Shown here: in pieces, positions 18,657 to 29,600 of the stretch | Layout: each line of letters opens with the position of its first letter | How positions within the stretch are numbered: position 1 is the stretch's first letter | Origin: an uncultured Flammeovirgaceae bacterium | Lineage (GTDB): Bacteria; Bacteroidota; Bacteroidia; Cytophagales; Cyclobacteriaceae | Assembly: GCA_937899105.1 (NCBI GenBank) | Contig: CALBPF010000339.1 | Location: 1,267-65,266 of the forward strand | Direction: 5' to 3' | DNA: 64,000 nucleotides | Program-made: the position numbers and the translations under genes | The notes under the pieces: generated by a model | What the model was told of the DNA's origin: nothing | Seen by the model: the letters and a program-made list of their open reading frames with translations, nothing else | Databases searched by the model: none

Positions 18657-20648
18657 ATGTATATTTTAGGTATTAATGGCAGCGCTAATCCTGTCCATGA
18701 AAATCGTTATGATGTAGGAGAAGGTAATAACCACGATTCATCTGCTGCCTTATTGCACAATGGCGAAGTGCTAGCAATTTATGAGGAAGAGCGCCTCAAT
18801 CGGATTAAGCATACCAATAAGTGGCCATGTTTAGCAATTAACGCCTGTCTGGACGTGGCAGGAATTACTTATGATCAGTTGGATTATTTCTCTTTTAACC
18901 TTACAGAATAAACACTGGAAAAAATATTATGGAATTATTTCAGTCAGCTTGGTATGAACCCACCTTCAGCACATACATTTTTGCAGCAATTACTTCAGGA
19001 TCAGTTTCAGGCGGATATCTCAACGGATAAGGTATTACTCTACAACCATCATTTCGCACATGCCGTAACCGCTTTTTATCCATCACAATTTGAGAAAGCG
19101 TTAGTTGTGACTATCGATGGATCTGGCGGTGAATATTCGGGAACCGTTTATGATGGTTCCGGAAATGATTTGAAGCTGCTGAGAACGTTTTCAGAGGAAC
19201 AGAGCTTAGGACATTTCTACAACCTGGTGACAAACATTTTAGGGTTTTCCAAAAATTTCGACGAGTATAAAGTTATGGGATTAGCGCCCTATGGAAACCC
19301 GGGTACTTATAAGGAATTATTTAGTCAGATGTATCGCCTTTTACCCGAGGGTAACTATGAACTCCATAAAGATTTTATGGTTGAGTTGATGGAGATCTGC
19401 GCCCTCGGTAATTCTAACAAAGTCTTTGGTCAGACCCATAAAGATATTGCCGCTTCTTTGCAAGAGGCCCTTGAAACTATCGTCTTTCATATCCTAAAAC
19501 ATTACGCGCAGGCTACAGGGCATAAAAAACTTTGTTTAGCAGGAGGGGTAGCGCTTAACTGTACAATGAACGGCAAACTATTAAGCTCCGGATTATTTGA
19601 AGATATTTTTGTTTATCCCGGAGCCAACGATAGTGGTTTGGCGGTAGGTAGCGCTTTAGCCGCTTACTATGAATACGAAAGAGATGCTAAGAGGAAGACG
19701 CTGCACAATATGTATGTGGGATCGGCTTTGGAAAATAGTGATGGTATTCGACAAGAGCTTGATCAATGGAAACAATTGGTCACTTATGAAAAATTAGTGG
19801 ACGCCCCCAGGAAAGCAGCCGAACTGCTGGCACAAGACAAAGTCATTGGATGGGTGCAAGGCAATTCTGAATTTGCTCCAAGAGCGCTGGGTAACAGGAG
19901 CATCCTGGCAGACCCAAGGCCGGCAAAAAACAAGGAGAGGATTAATTCCATGGTTAAAAAGAGAGAAGGCTTCCGGCCCTTTGCTCCATCGGTTATGGAA
20001 GAGTATGTTGCTGATTTTTTTGAATTGCCGACGAAAAGAACAGAATTCTCTCACATGACCTTTATTTTTAAAGTACAACAAAAATACAGAGAGCTTCTAG
20101 GTGCGATTACTCATGTGGACGGTACTGCCCGTGTTCAAACCGTTTCAAAAGAACTTAATAAAAAGTATTGGGAGCTTATAGATCATTTCAGAGAGCTAAC
20201 CGAAGTACCGATTGTATTGAATACTTCATTTAATAATAATGCGGAGCCAATTGTGGATTCGGTTAGGGATGCATTGGTATCGTTCTTAACTACACGTTTG
20301 GATTTCCTAATCGTCGGTGATTTTCTCGTTTCCAGAAAAGAGTTCTTTATTAGTCAAACCGAAGTACTGTATCCTGCGTTACCAGATCATATTTTTTGGG
20401 AAAATAGTGATAACACAACGCCTTCCTTGCTTACTTCCTTTAATGAAAAGGTGTTTACAGTTACTGAAAACCTCTATGCCGCCCTTAAGGAAGCCGATGG
20501 TAAAAAGAACATGAGAGAACTTTTGGAAAATGTGCCTGTTGATGAAAAGGGAAAAAGGCGGCTACTGGAAGAGTTACTTCAGCTCTGGGATAAGCGGGTG
20601 GTCATGCTTAGTCCCGTCCCTACTATAGTAACAGAGATGGCTATATAA
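18657..20648 (+). pseudogene. NodU/CmcH-family carbamoyltransferase interrupted by one in-frame TAA (ORF pieces 18657-18911 and 18954-20648 share a frame)
   Basis: N-terminal piece: MYILGINGS..HDSSAALLHNGEVLAIYEEERLNRIKH, the typical carbamoyltransferase N-terminus. C-terminal piece: DGSGGEYSGTV, LAGGVALNC, NSEFAPRALGNRSILADPR, FRPFAPSV, HVDGTARVQTV. Both start positions are 0 mod 3. The read-through sequence is ..FNLTE*TLEKILWNYFSQLGMNPP with no other stop. Confidence 0.85.
18909..18911 (+). other. In-frame TAA inside the carbamoyltransferase reading frame
   Basis: Codon-by-codon check: CTT ACA GAA TAA ACA CTG GAA AAA. Confidence 0.95.
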
Positions 20649-20750
20649 AAGCTTTCATTCACTGCCATGTTATAGGCAGATTCAATACTGTTAAGCCATT
20701 CTGATATTATTTCTTTTAGTACTAAGTATTCTTTAAAAATCATTTAGTGA

Positions 20751-23700
20751 ATGCAAGTAGCATCTGAAAAGAGGAGCAAATTAGAAAAGAGCAATGTAGA
20801 GGAGATTTTTGAATTGAGTATGATTCAAAAAGGTATGTTATTCCATCATTTGAAAGGAGCTCAAGATAATCTCTACAATGCTCAGCTATCTTTAAGCATA
20901 AATGGTAACCTGGACGCGAATCTCATTAAAGAGTCTTTTAAAGCCGTACAGAGAAAGAATGAAACGCTGAGATCAATCTTTAATTGGGAGAAAGCGAATA
21001 AGCCGCTACAAATAGTTCTCAAAGAATGCCCGTTCGATTTTTTCTATCATGACCTCTCTGGAACGAATGATTCAGAGATAAATGAAAGGATCGAAAATTA
21101 TGCTCAGAGCGACAGGGAAAAACGATTTGACCTCGGCCAACTTCCTATTAGACTACGTTTGTTAAAAGTGACTAAATTGGATTATGTGTTTAATGTAACG
21201 CATCATCATATCTTGTATGACGGTTGGAGTTCTAGCCTAATGATCAAAGAGATCTTCGAAGCTTACGAGAGATTGGCGCGCGAAGAATATTCGGGTTTTA
21301 ATCAAAAGCCAAATTTCAAGACGGTCTGGCGTGAGCTGTTGAATATATCTGATCCAGTACAGAGTGAGACTTTTTGGAAAGATTATGTGAAGGGTTATGA
21401 GATAACCTCGCTCTTCTCCACAAGTAATGCTCATTTAGAAAATGATACAAAGGTTCAAAAGTATTCTGCTAGTGTTCCCGGTAGCGGATTGAAACGTTTT
21501 GCGATTGAACAAAAGGTCACACAAGCATCTGTTGTGTATGCAGCATTCGGAATACTGCTCAGCAAATACATCCAAAAGTCTGACATAGTGTTTGGCACAA
21601 CAGTATCAGGCAGATATCCGATAATCAACGGGATAGACCAGTTAATTGTGAACTTTATAAATACCGTTCCCTTAAGAGTAAGTAAGCTTTCTGACAAAAC
21701 GCTAAGGGAAGTCGTTATCGGAGTTAACAAAGACCTCATTGACCGTGATTCCCATGTAGACACCTCATACTATGAAATTAAACAACTGCTTGGCCTGCAA
21801 CCCGAAGAAAGTTTGTTTGATGCCATTTTGGTCGTAGAGAACTACCCCGTAGAAGACTCATTATTTGGAGATCAGAATAACTTTAAAGTCAAATTTAAAT
21901 CTAACTATGAGAACTCGGACATACCGTTGGTGGTGAACGTCTTTTTTAAAGGAAAGTTAGAAATTGATATCATATACAAAAGATGTAATGTCAGTGACTC
22001 ATTTGTGGAGGAACTTGCGCACTACTTTATCAACATACTTTGTCAAATATCCTCTACACCTACCATGAAAGTACGGGAGTTAACTTTATTGACCGAGCAG
22101 GAACTTAAACATTATTTATACGGATTTAATGACACCAATGTAAATGATTATGCAGATGAAACCATACTGACACTTTTTGATCGGCAGGCTGCCAGAACTC
22201 CTCATCATCCTGCCTATAGTTTTGATAATGAATGTGTTGATTACAAAACATTACAAAAGTTATCTGATAAAATAGCGCACTACCTTATAGATTCGGTCGG
22301 CATCAAACCGAAAGACCTGGTGGGGGTGATGCTTAATAGGGAAAAATATCTTATTCCTGCAATTTTGGGTATCCTTAAAACTGGAGCTGCTTATCTTCCG
22401 GTTGACCCTGAATATCCCATTGCGAGGAAAAGCGATATTATCCAGGATGCCGACCTGCAGACTTTGATCACAAGGTCGGAGCTTATGACCGGGTTACAGG
22501 CAGCGCCAGTAAATCCGGTGAATTTGAGCGAGCTAATAAAAGAGATAGAAGACTGGCCTGACGTTCGTACTGAGGCTCAAATAAATAAAAATGATCTGGC
22601 TTATGTAATCTATACCTCAGGTTCTACTGGTAGCCCCAAAGGTGTTATGGTTGCTCATCGATCATTGGCAAATTACGTTACCTGGGCGGCAGAAAAGTAT
22701 ATTCAGGGTGAAAATGGCAACATGCCGCTATATACTTCCATATCCTTTGACCTTACGATCACTTCTATCTTTTTGCCGCTAATCAGCGGGAATAAAGTCA
22801 TATTATATCCTGAAAATGATAAAGGCTTGCTGATCGAAAAAGTAATGGAAGATGCTGATATTGATTTGATAAAGCTTACACCTTCTCATTTAAAAGTTAT
22901 AAGAGGCCATTCAAGTGACCTGATGAGAACAACCAAAATCAAAACATTAATTGTAGGCGGTGAGGAGTTAGAAACTGAGCTGGCCAAAAGCATTTATCAA
23001 ATATTTAAAGGGGATGTAGAAATTTTTAATGAATATGGACCCACAGAGGCGACCGTAGGATGTATGGTCCATCGTTTTGATCCGAAACAATATTCTTTAT
23101 CCGTTCCAATTGGTGTTCCGGCTAACAATACACAGGTACATCTTTTGGATAATTGTTTACAACCCGTTGCTAAAGGCTTTATTGGAGAATTATATTTATC
23201 CGGAGATGGAATTGCTCAAGGATATCTTTTTAATGAAGCCTTGACCCATGAGAAATTTGTAGATAACCCCTTTGTAGAAGGAACGCGAATGTATAAGACT
23301 GGCGACCTTGCCGTTCGTGATTCTACTGACCTATTGATCTTTAAAGGTAGACGAGATGATCAGGTAAAAGTAAATGGGCATAGAATAGAGTTGGGCGAAA
23401 TACAGGAAAGAATTAAGAGCTATCATTCTTTTGCCAATGGAAAATCAACTTCGCATTCCAATGGCGCCAGCGCTTTTGTTACCATAAAAGAAAATGGGGA
23501 AGGCGTGAAGGCAATTGTGGCTTATTACAGTGCATCTACCAACATTGATAAGAAAGTGTTGAGAGAATACCTTTTGACTCACCTGCCTGATTATATGATC
23601 CCACAATACTTTGTCCAGCTAAAGGAATTTCCCCTTACCTCTAATGGTAAAATTGACAAGAGATCTTTGCCGGCGCCGGAAGCAGATAAAAGTATTGTTT

Positions 23701-26621
23701 TTGAGCTTCCAAGAACGGAAAAAGAAAAATTGCTTGCAGCCATATGGTCTGAGGTATTAGCCGTTAAAAATGTAAGTATAACGGACAACTTTTTTTCTCT
23801 GGGAGGGGACTCTATTAAATCCATACAAATAAGCTCCAGGATGCGAAATGCAGGTTACGACCTTTCGGTTAACGATGTTTTGAGCATTCAGACAATAAAA
23901 GAGCTTGCAAAAAAAGTTCAGAAAACTACGTTTCAATCTGATCAATCATCAGTATCAGGAGATGTAGTATTATCTCCTATTCAAAAGTGGTTTTTTACAG
24001 AGGCTCAAAGAGATCACCATCATTTTAATCAATCCGTATTGCTAAGTTTTCATGGAGAAGTTCCAGAGCAGCATATTAGAATCATCTTTAAAAAAATACT
24101 GGAACATCACGATGCCCTACGCATGGTGTTTAATGAAAGCAATGGACAAATTGTCCAGATTAATCAGAGCGCTGATGCGATTGAGGTAGCCCTTTCTGTT
24201 CACGATCTCAGAACTGCAGTAAGGCCATTTGAAGAACTCAGGTCTATCTCCAACCAGATCCAAAATAGTATAAACCTCGAGCATGGCCCGATGCTCAAAC
24301 TAGGACTATTTTATTTTAACGGAGAAACCCGCTTATTGATCGTAATTCATCATTTGGTGGTGGACAGCGTTTCCTGGAGAATACTGTTCGAGGACATAGA
24401 TACATTGTATCAGCAAACAATGGAAGATAAGACGATGTCTTTACCTCTCAAAACCGATTCCTTTCAGCTTTGGGCTACTTACCTCCAACAATATGTTGGA
24501 AATGAAGGTTTTGAAAAGAGGGTTCCTTATTGGAAGGCCATTTTGGATCAAAAGAGTGAGCGAATAGAGCGTGATTATCCGGATGGCGGTAACCTCATGG
24601 GTGATACGGGGAAGGTCTTCATACATCTGGACCATTCATCGACTGAAAGATTGTTAACAGGTATTCATCAGGCTTTTGGAACACAAGTGAATGACATACT
24701 TTTAACAGCGTTGGTACAGTCGATCTACAGGCGATATGGCCATAGTAGTACCAAAATTAACCTTGAGACCCACGGACGAGAACGTATTTTTCCAAGAATA
24801 AATATTAACCGTACTATAGGTTGGTTTACCAGCATGTACCCGGTAACTCTTGAAAAAAAAGGAAAGGACTTGGGTGAGCTAATAAAGCATGTAAAAGAAG
24901 CGCTCAGGCAGGTTCCTAATTATGGCATGGACTTTTTACTAAGTCGATACTTGAAGGATGGTTATTCTTCAAATCCGGAAGTGTATGCCCAAATAAGCTT
25001 TAATTATCTGGGACAGTTTGACACTGATATTGCCGGTAAATCATTTACACTAAGTAACGAAGATAGGGGTGAAGAGATCTCTACCAACATCAGTAAATAT
25101 TCGGATTGGGACATTACCGGTTCTGTGGTGGACGGAGCGCTGAAAATGAATTTGCTTTATAGCCGCAAGCAATTTAGAAAGAGTTCCATAGACGCATTTA
25201 TGGATGATTTTAAGGATAGTCTTCAGAGTATCATAAGTTACTGTCTTAATATAGCTAAGAGAGAGTTCACACCGTCTGACATGTCATTTAAAGGACTTTC
25301 CATAGCGCAACTAAATTCTATACAGGAAGAGTATGACCTTGAAGACATTTACAGGTTATCTCCAATGCAGGAGGCCATGTTGTTTCATTCACTTTTTAAT
25401 ATCGATTCGGACCACTACTTCTCACAGATCACTTATAGGTTTACCGGTAATCTGGACATCAATGCGGTAGAAAAAAGTATGAATGACCTAACAGCCAGGT
25501 ATGATGTATTACGTACCGTATTTCTGCATCAAGGTTACGACGAACCCATTCAGTTGGTGTTAAAAGAACGTAAAATTGACTTTGTGTATGAGGATATTCG
25601 AGAGCGCTGTAAAGGAGAAGATAAAGGTCATATTATCGGGCTTTATCAGCGGCAAGATAGGGCAAGTAAGTTTAATCTGAGCAAAGATGTCTTGATGCGA
25701 CTGTCCGTTCTGCAGACAGCAGATGATGAATACGAATTTATATGGAGTCATCATCATATTCTCATGGATGGATGGAGTATGGCCATTATTATCAAGGATT
25801 ACCTGGACTTGTATGAGAATAACGAAAAGCATATTGAGCTTTCATTACCACCCACCAAACCCTATGGACGTTACATAGAATGGCTCGATACAGTAAACAA
25901 TACCGAAACTATTGAATATTGGACACAATATCTGACGAATTATGATCATATCTCTACCTTACCAAAGGCCACAATTTCTAAGTCTGACAGCTCCTCTTAT
26001 CGTTTAAAAATACATGAATTGGTATTAGATGAGGATGATACCAGGCGGCTTCAGGAAGGTTCAAGTGGTAGTGGCATCACATTAAATACGCTCTTCCAAA
26101 TGTCATGGGGAATACTACTGTCGAAATACAGTAATAAAAGTGATGTGATATTTGGTTCAGTGGTATCAGGCCGTCCGGTAGAATTGGAAGGAATTGAACA
26201 AATGGTGGGTCTGTTCATAAACACTCTACCTGTTAGAATAAGATATGAGGAAGATAGTGATATAACACAGCTGTTACAAGAGTCACAAAAAAAAGCATTG
26301 GAAGCCGAACCATACAGCCGCTACCCGTTGCGTAGCATTCAATCATTAACCAAGCTTGGAAAAGATCTTTTTGATCATATCATAGTCTTCGAAAACTATC
26401 CGATGTCGGCATACCTGGAACGTGATAATGATTATACCATATCCAATATACAAGTATTCGACCAGGTAAATTATGACTTAATGTTAGTCGTTATTCCCGA
26501 GCGGGAATTTAAAATACGGTTCAACTATAACGCCAATGTTTATAATGATGATCTCATACTACAGATTTCCGGTCATCTAAAAGAAATTTTAAGGTTAATA
26601 ACCCCTAAAAACGAGCAATGA
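20751..26621 (+). CDS. NRPS-2: C(D-donor type)-A(Asn-type)-T-E-C(D-donor type); ends in the C-A linker
   Basis: 1956 aa. C: MIQKGMLFHH, HHHILYDGWS ~21201-21230. A: TSGSTGSPKG ~22611-22640, code DLTKIGEVGK. T: GGDSIKSIQ, Ser 23811-23813. E: HHLVVDSVSW ~24347-24380. C: SPMQEAMLFH, HHHILMDGWS ~25750-25780. The TGA stop overlaps the next ATG (ATGA 26618-26621). Confidence 0.95.
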   Translation: MQVASEKRSKLEKSNVEEIFELSMIQKGMLFHHLKGAQDNLYNAQLSLSINGNLDANLIKESFKAVQRKNETLRSIFNWEKANKPLQIVLKECPFDFFYHDLSGTNDSEINERIENYAQSDREKRFDLGQLPIRLRLLKVTKLDYVFNVTHHHILYDGWSSSLMIKEIFEAYERLAREEYSGFNQKPNFKTVWRELLNISDPVQSETFWKDYVKGYEITSLFSTSNAHLENDTKVQKYSASVPGSGLKRFAIEQKVTQASVVYAAFGILLSKYIQKSDIVFGTTVSGRYPIINGIDQLIVNFINTVPLRVSKLSDKTLREVVIGVNKDLIDRDSHVDTSYYEIKQLLGLQPEESLFDAILVVENYPVEDSLFGDQNNFKVKFKSNYENSDIPLVVNVFFKGKLEIDIIYKRCNVSDSFVEELAHYFINILCQISSTPTMKVRELTLLTEQELKHYLYGFNDTNVNDYADETILTLFDRQAARTPHHPAYSFDNECVDYKTLQKLSDKIAHYLIDSVGIKPKDLVGVMLNREKYLIPAILGILKTGAAYLPVDPEYPIARKSDIIQDADLQTLITRSELMTGLQAAPVNPVNLSELIKEIEDWPDVRTEAQINKNDLAYVIYTSGSTGSPKGVMVAHRSLANYVTWAAEKYIQGENGNMPLYTSISFDLTITSIFLPLISGNKVILYPENDKGLLIEKVMEDADIDLIKLTPSHLKVIRGHSSDLMRTTKIKTLIVGGEELETELAKSIYQIFKGDVEIFNEYGPTEATVGCMVHRFDPKQYSLSVPIGVPANNTQVHLLDNCLQPVAKGFIGELYLSGDGIAQGYLFNEALTHEKFVDNPFVEGTRMYKTGDLAVRDSTDLLIFKGRRDDQVKVNGHRIELGEIQERIKSYHSFANGKSTSHSNGASAFVTIKENGEGVKAIVAYYSASTNIDKKVLREYLLTHLPDYMIPQYFVQLKEFPLTSNGKIDKRSLPAPEADKSIVFELPRTEKEKLLAAIWSEVLAVKNVSITDNFFSLGGDSIKSIQISSRMRNAGYDLSVNDVLSIQTIKELAKKVQKTTFQSDQSSVSGDVVLSPIQKWFFTEAQRDHHHFNQSVLLSFHGEVPEQHIRIIFKKILEHHDALRMVFNESNGQIVQINQSADAIEVALSVHDLRTAVRPFEELRSISNQIQNSINLEHGPMLKLGLFYFNGETRLLIVIHHLVVDSVSWRILFEDIDTLYQQTMEDKTMSLPLKTDSFQLWATYLQQYVGNEGFEKRVPYWKAILDQKSERIERDYPDGGNLMGDTGKVFIHLDHSSTERLLTGIHQAFGTQVNDILLTALVQSIYRRYGHSSTKINLETHGRERIFPRININRTIGWFTSMYPVTLEKKGKDLGELIKHVKEALRQVPNYGMDFLLSRYLKDGYSSNPEVYAQISFNYLGQFDTDIAGKSFTLSNEDRGEEISTNISKYSDWDITGSVVDGALKMNLLYSRKQFRKSSIDAFMDDFKDSLQSIISYCLNIAKREFTPSDMSFKGLSIAQLNSIQEEYDLEDIYRLSPMQEAMLFHSLFNIDSDHYFSQITYRFTGNLDINAVEKSMNDLTARYDVLRTVFLHQGYDEPIQLVLKERKIDFVYEDIRERCKGEDKGHIIGLYQRQDRASKFNLSKDVLMRLSVLQTADDEYEFIWSHHHILMDGWSMAIIIKDYLDLYENNEKHIELSLPPTKPYGRYIEWLDTVNNTETIEYWTQYLTNYDHISTLPKATISKSDSSSYRLKIHELVLDEDDTRRLQEGSSGSGITLNTLFQMSWGILLSKYSNKSDVIFGSVVSGRPVELEGIEQMVGLFINTLPVRIRYEEDSDITQLLQESQKKALEAEPYSRYPLRSIQSLTKLGKDLFDHIIVFENYPMSAYLERDNDYTISNIQVFDQVNYDLMLVVIPEREFKIRFNYNANVYNDDLILQISGHLKEILRLITPKNEQ

Positions 26622-29600
26622 AATTATCTGATATCAACTTGTCGTCAAAAAAAGAACAAGAACAGCTACTTAATGATCTGGATAAGACTTCTGTTGCTTT
26701 TCCCATAAACAAGACGGTAGTAGATCTTTTTCATGATCAGGTAAAAAGAATACCAGATAACATAGCCATTAAGTTTGAAGATCAGGTAGTCACCTATTTA
26801 GAGCTGGATCGGAGGGCCTCCAAGTTAGCTTCGTTGCTTAGAAAAGAAGGTGTTATGAAAGATACCTTGGTCGGTTTGTTAGCCGATAGGAGAATAGAAA
26901 CAGTGATAGGCATATTGGCCGTACTCAAATCAGGAGGCGCATATGTACCAATTGACACTGATTACCCACAGGAAAGAATGGATTTTCTTATCCAGGACAG
27001 CGGCGTAAAAATATTATTGACTACCGAACACCAAATAGGTCATTTGCCGACGGGATTACGTTATATTCCCATACACGCAGCAGAGAAAAACTCTAGTCTT
27101 GAGCCGGTTATAGGAAACAGTATTAAACCATCCGACCTGTGCTATGTCATTTACACCTCGGGTACCACGGGTAATCCGAAAGGAGTAATGGTAGAACACA
27201 GAAATGTGGTGAGATTGTTTTTTAATGATTCATTCCAGTTTCAGTTCGGTGAAGATGATGTATGGACTATGTTCCATAGTCATTGTTTTGATTTTAGTGT
27301 TTGGGAAATATTCGGAGCGCTACTTTTCGGTGGGGAGCTTATTATAATTCCTAAAGCCGTAGCCAGGGATCCAAAAGCATTTTTGGATATTATGGTTAAT
27401 GAGCGAGTGACCGTATTAAACCAAACACCTAGTGCATTTTATAATTTGATTGAGCGGGAACTAAGCCAGGCAGATTCAATCCCAAACAGCCTTAAATATG
27501 TAATATTTGGTGGAGAAGCTTTGACGCCAGGACGATTGAAGGACTGGAAAAACAGGCATTCGGAAGTCAAAATGGTTAACATGTTTGGTATCACAGAAAC
27601 AACCGTACATGTGACTTACAAGGAGATTGGAAGCTTTGAGATAGAAAATAATCTGAGCAACGTAGGCAAGCCGATCCCTACTTTGTCGGTGTATATCCTG
27701 GATGAGCAACATAAATGGGTGCCTAAAGGTGCAGTCGGTGAAATGTATGTTGGAGGGTCAGGTGTTTCGCGCGGTTACTTAGGCAACAAAAAGCTGACCG
27801 ATCAAAAGTTCGTTTCTAACCCCTTTAAGGAAAACGAAAAGTTATACCGTACGGGTGATCTTGCACGGATCATTGATACCGGAGACATTGAATACATTGG
27901 AAGAATGGATCACCAGGTACAACTCAGAGGATTCCGGATAGAACTGGAAGAAATTCAACACAACCTGGAAAGCCATCAGCAAATATCTTCTTCCGTAGTG
28001 CTGATCATGGAAAATGAAGCGAATAAATTCCTTGTGGCTTATTATGTTTCTGACACTGAACTGGAAACCAGTACATTGAGAGCATACCTGTTGGAGAAGA
28101 TACCCGATTATATGGTGCCGTCTTACTTTGTACACCTGACAGAGCTACCTCTGACGAGTAATGGTAAGTTGAACAGGGATGCACTGCCTGACCCAGAATT
28201 AAAAACAACCCAGAACTATTTGGCTCCCAGAACAAAAGAGGAGGTTTTACTTGCGGGGATATGGTCTCAGGTCCTTGGATTTCAAGACATTGGAGTAACA
28301 GATGATTTTTTTTCCCTGGGAGGCGATTCTATCAAATCCATTCAAATAAGTTCAAGAGTGCGTGGTGAGGGATATGAACTCTCCGTCAAAGATATTTTCA
28401 CTGTTCCTACCGTTAGAGAACAGTCCTTAAAGCTTAAGCCGTTAGCAAGGACCTCTGAGCAGGCGATCATCACCGGTCCGGTTCCTCTTGCTCCCATACA
28501 AAGGTGGTTTTTTGATGGCCCAATAGAATCAAAGCATCACTTTAACCAATCGGTATTACTTCATTTTTCTGAGGAAATAAGTACGGATTTTTTAAGAAGA
28601 ATATTGTCAAAACTTCAGGAACATCATGACGTATTGCGAATGGTATTCAGAAAGGAGGGAGATGAAATACACCAAGAGAATTTAGATACGGGTTTGCAGG
28701 TTTCACTGGAAGAATATGATCTTATAGCTGGCCCAGAGTCGGAAGACTCCTTTTTAAAGATAGCGGATACATTACAATCCGGAATAAACCTGGAAGAAGG
28801 TCCTTTAATGAAAACAGCTCTTTTCCACTTTGGAACCTACAGTCGCCTGTTAATTGTAATGCATCACCTGATTACTGATGGCGTCTCATGGCGCATATTC
28901 TTAGACGATTTAGCTACATTATACCGACAAATCACAGAAGACACCCCTTTTACTTTACCTCTTAAAACAGATTCCTACAAGTCATGGGCTCAGAACCTGA
29001 AAGGGTATACTAAAAAGCCTTATTTTCTACAAGCGCTTCAATATTGGAAAAATCGTTTATCCGAGAAAGGAGAGGCGATACCAAAAGATAATCCTGATGG
29101 GCAGTGCTCACTGGAGCATTTTGATACCTCTTCTTTTCAGCTAGAAGAGAAGCTTACAAAAAGACTATTAACTCAAGCAAATTTAAGTTTCAATACTCAA
29201 ATCAGCGATCTATTGCTGACAGCATTATGGGTGGCCGTTAAAAAACAGTACGACATTGAGAAGCTTTGGATAGATATTGAAAGTCATGGCAGACATGATC
29301 TTTATGATGGCGAAAATGTAACCCGTACCATGGGGTGGTTCACAACGATCTATCCGGTTTTACTGAAAGGAGAAGCTGGCTCATTTGAAAAGATTATTAA
29401 GGATATAAAAGAAAGCCTGCGAAATATTCCTAATGATGGAATAGATGTTTTTGTAAGTAACTACCTGGGCGCCGGAAAATCACTTCCTCTTTATGATAAA
29501 TCCAGGATCAGTTTTAACTACTTGGGAGAACTATATAATGATGATACAGCCTATCCTTTCCGATTGTTAGAGGTTAACAGAGGCCATGAGGTAGCTCAAC

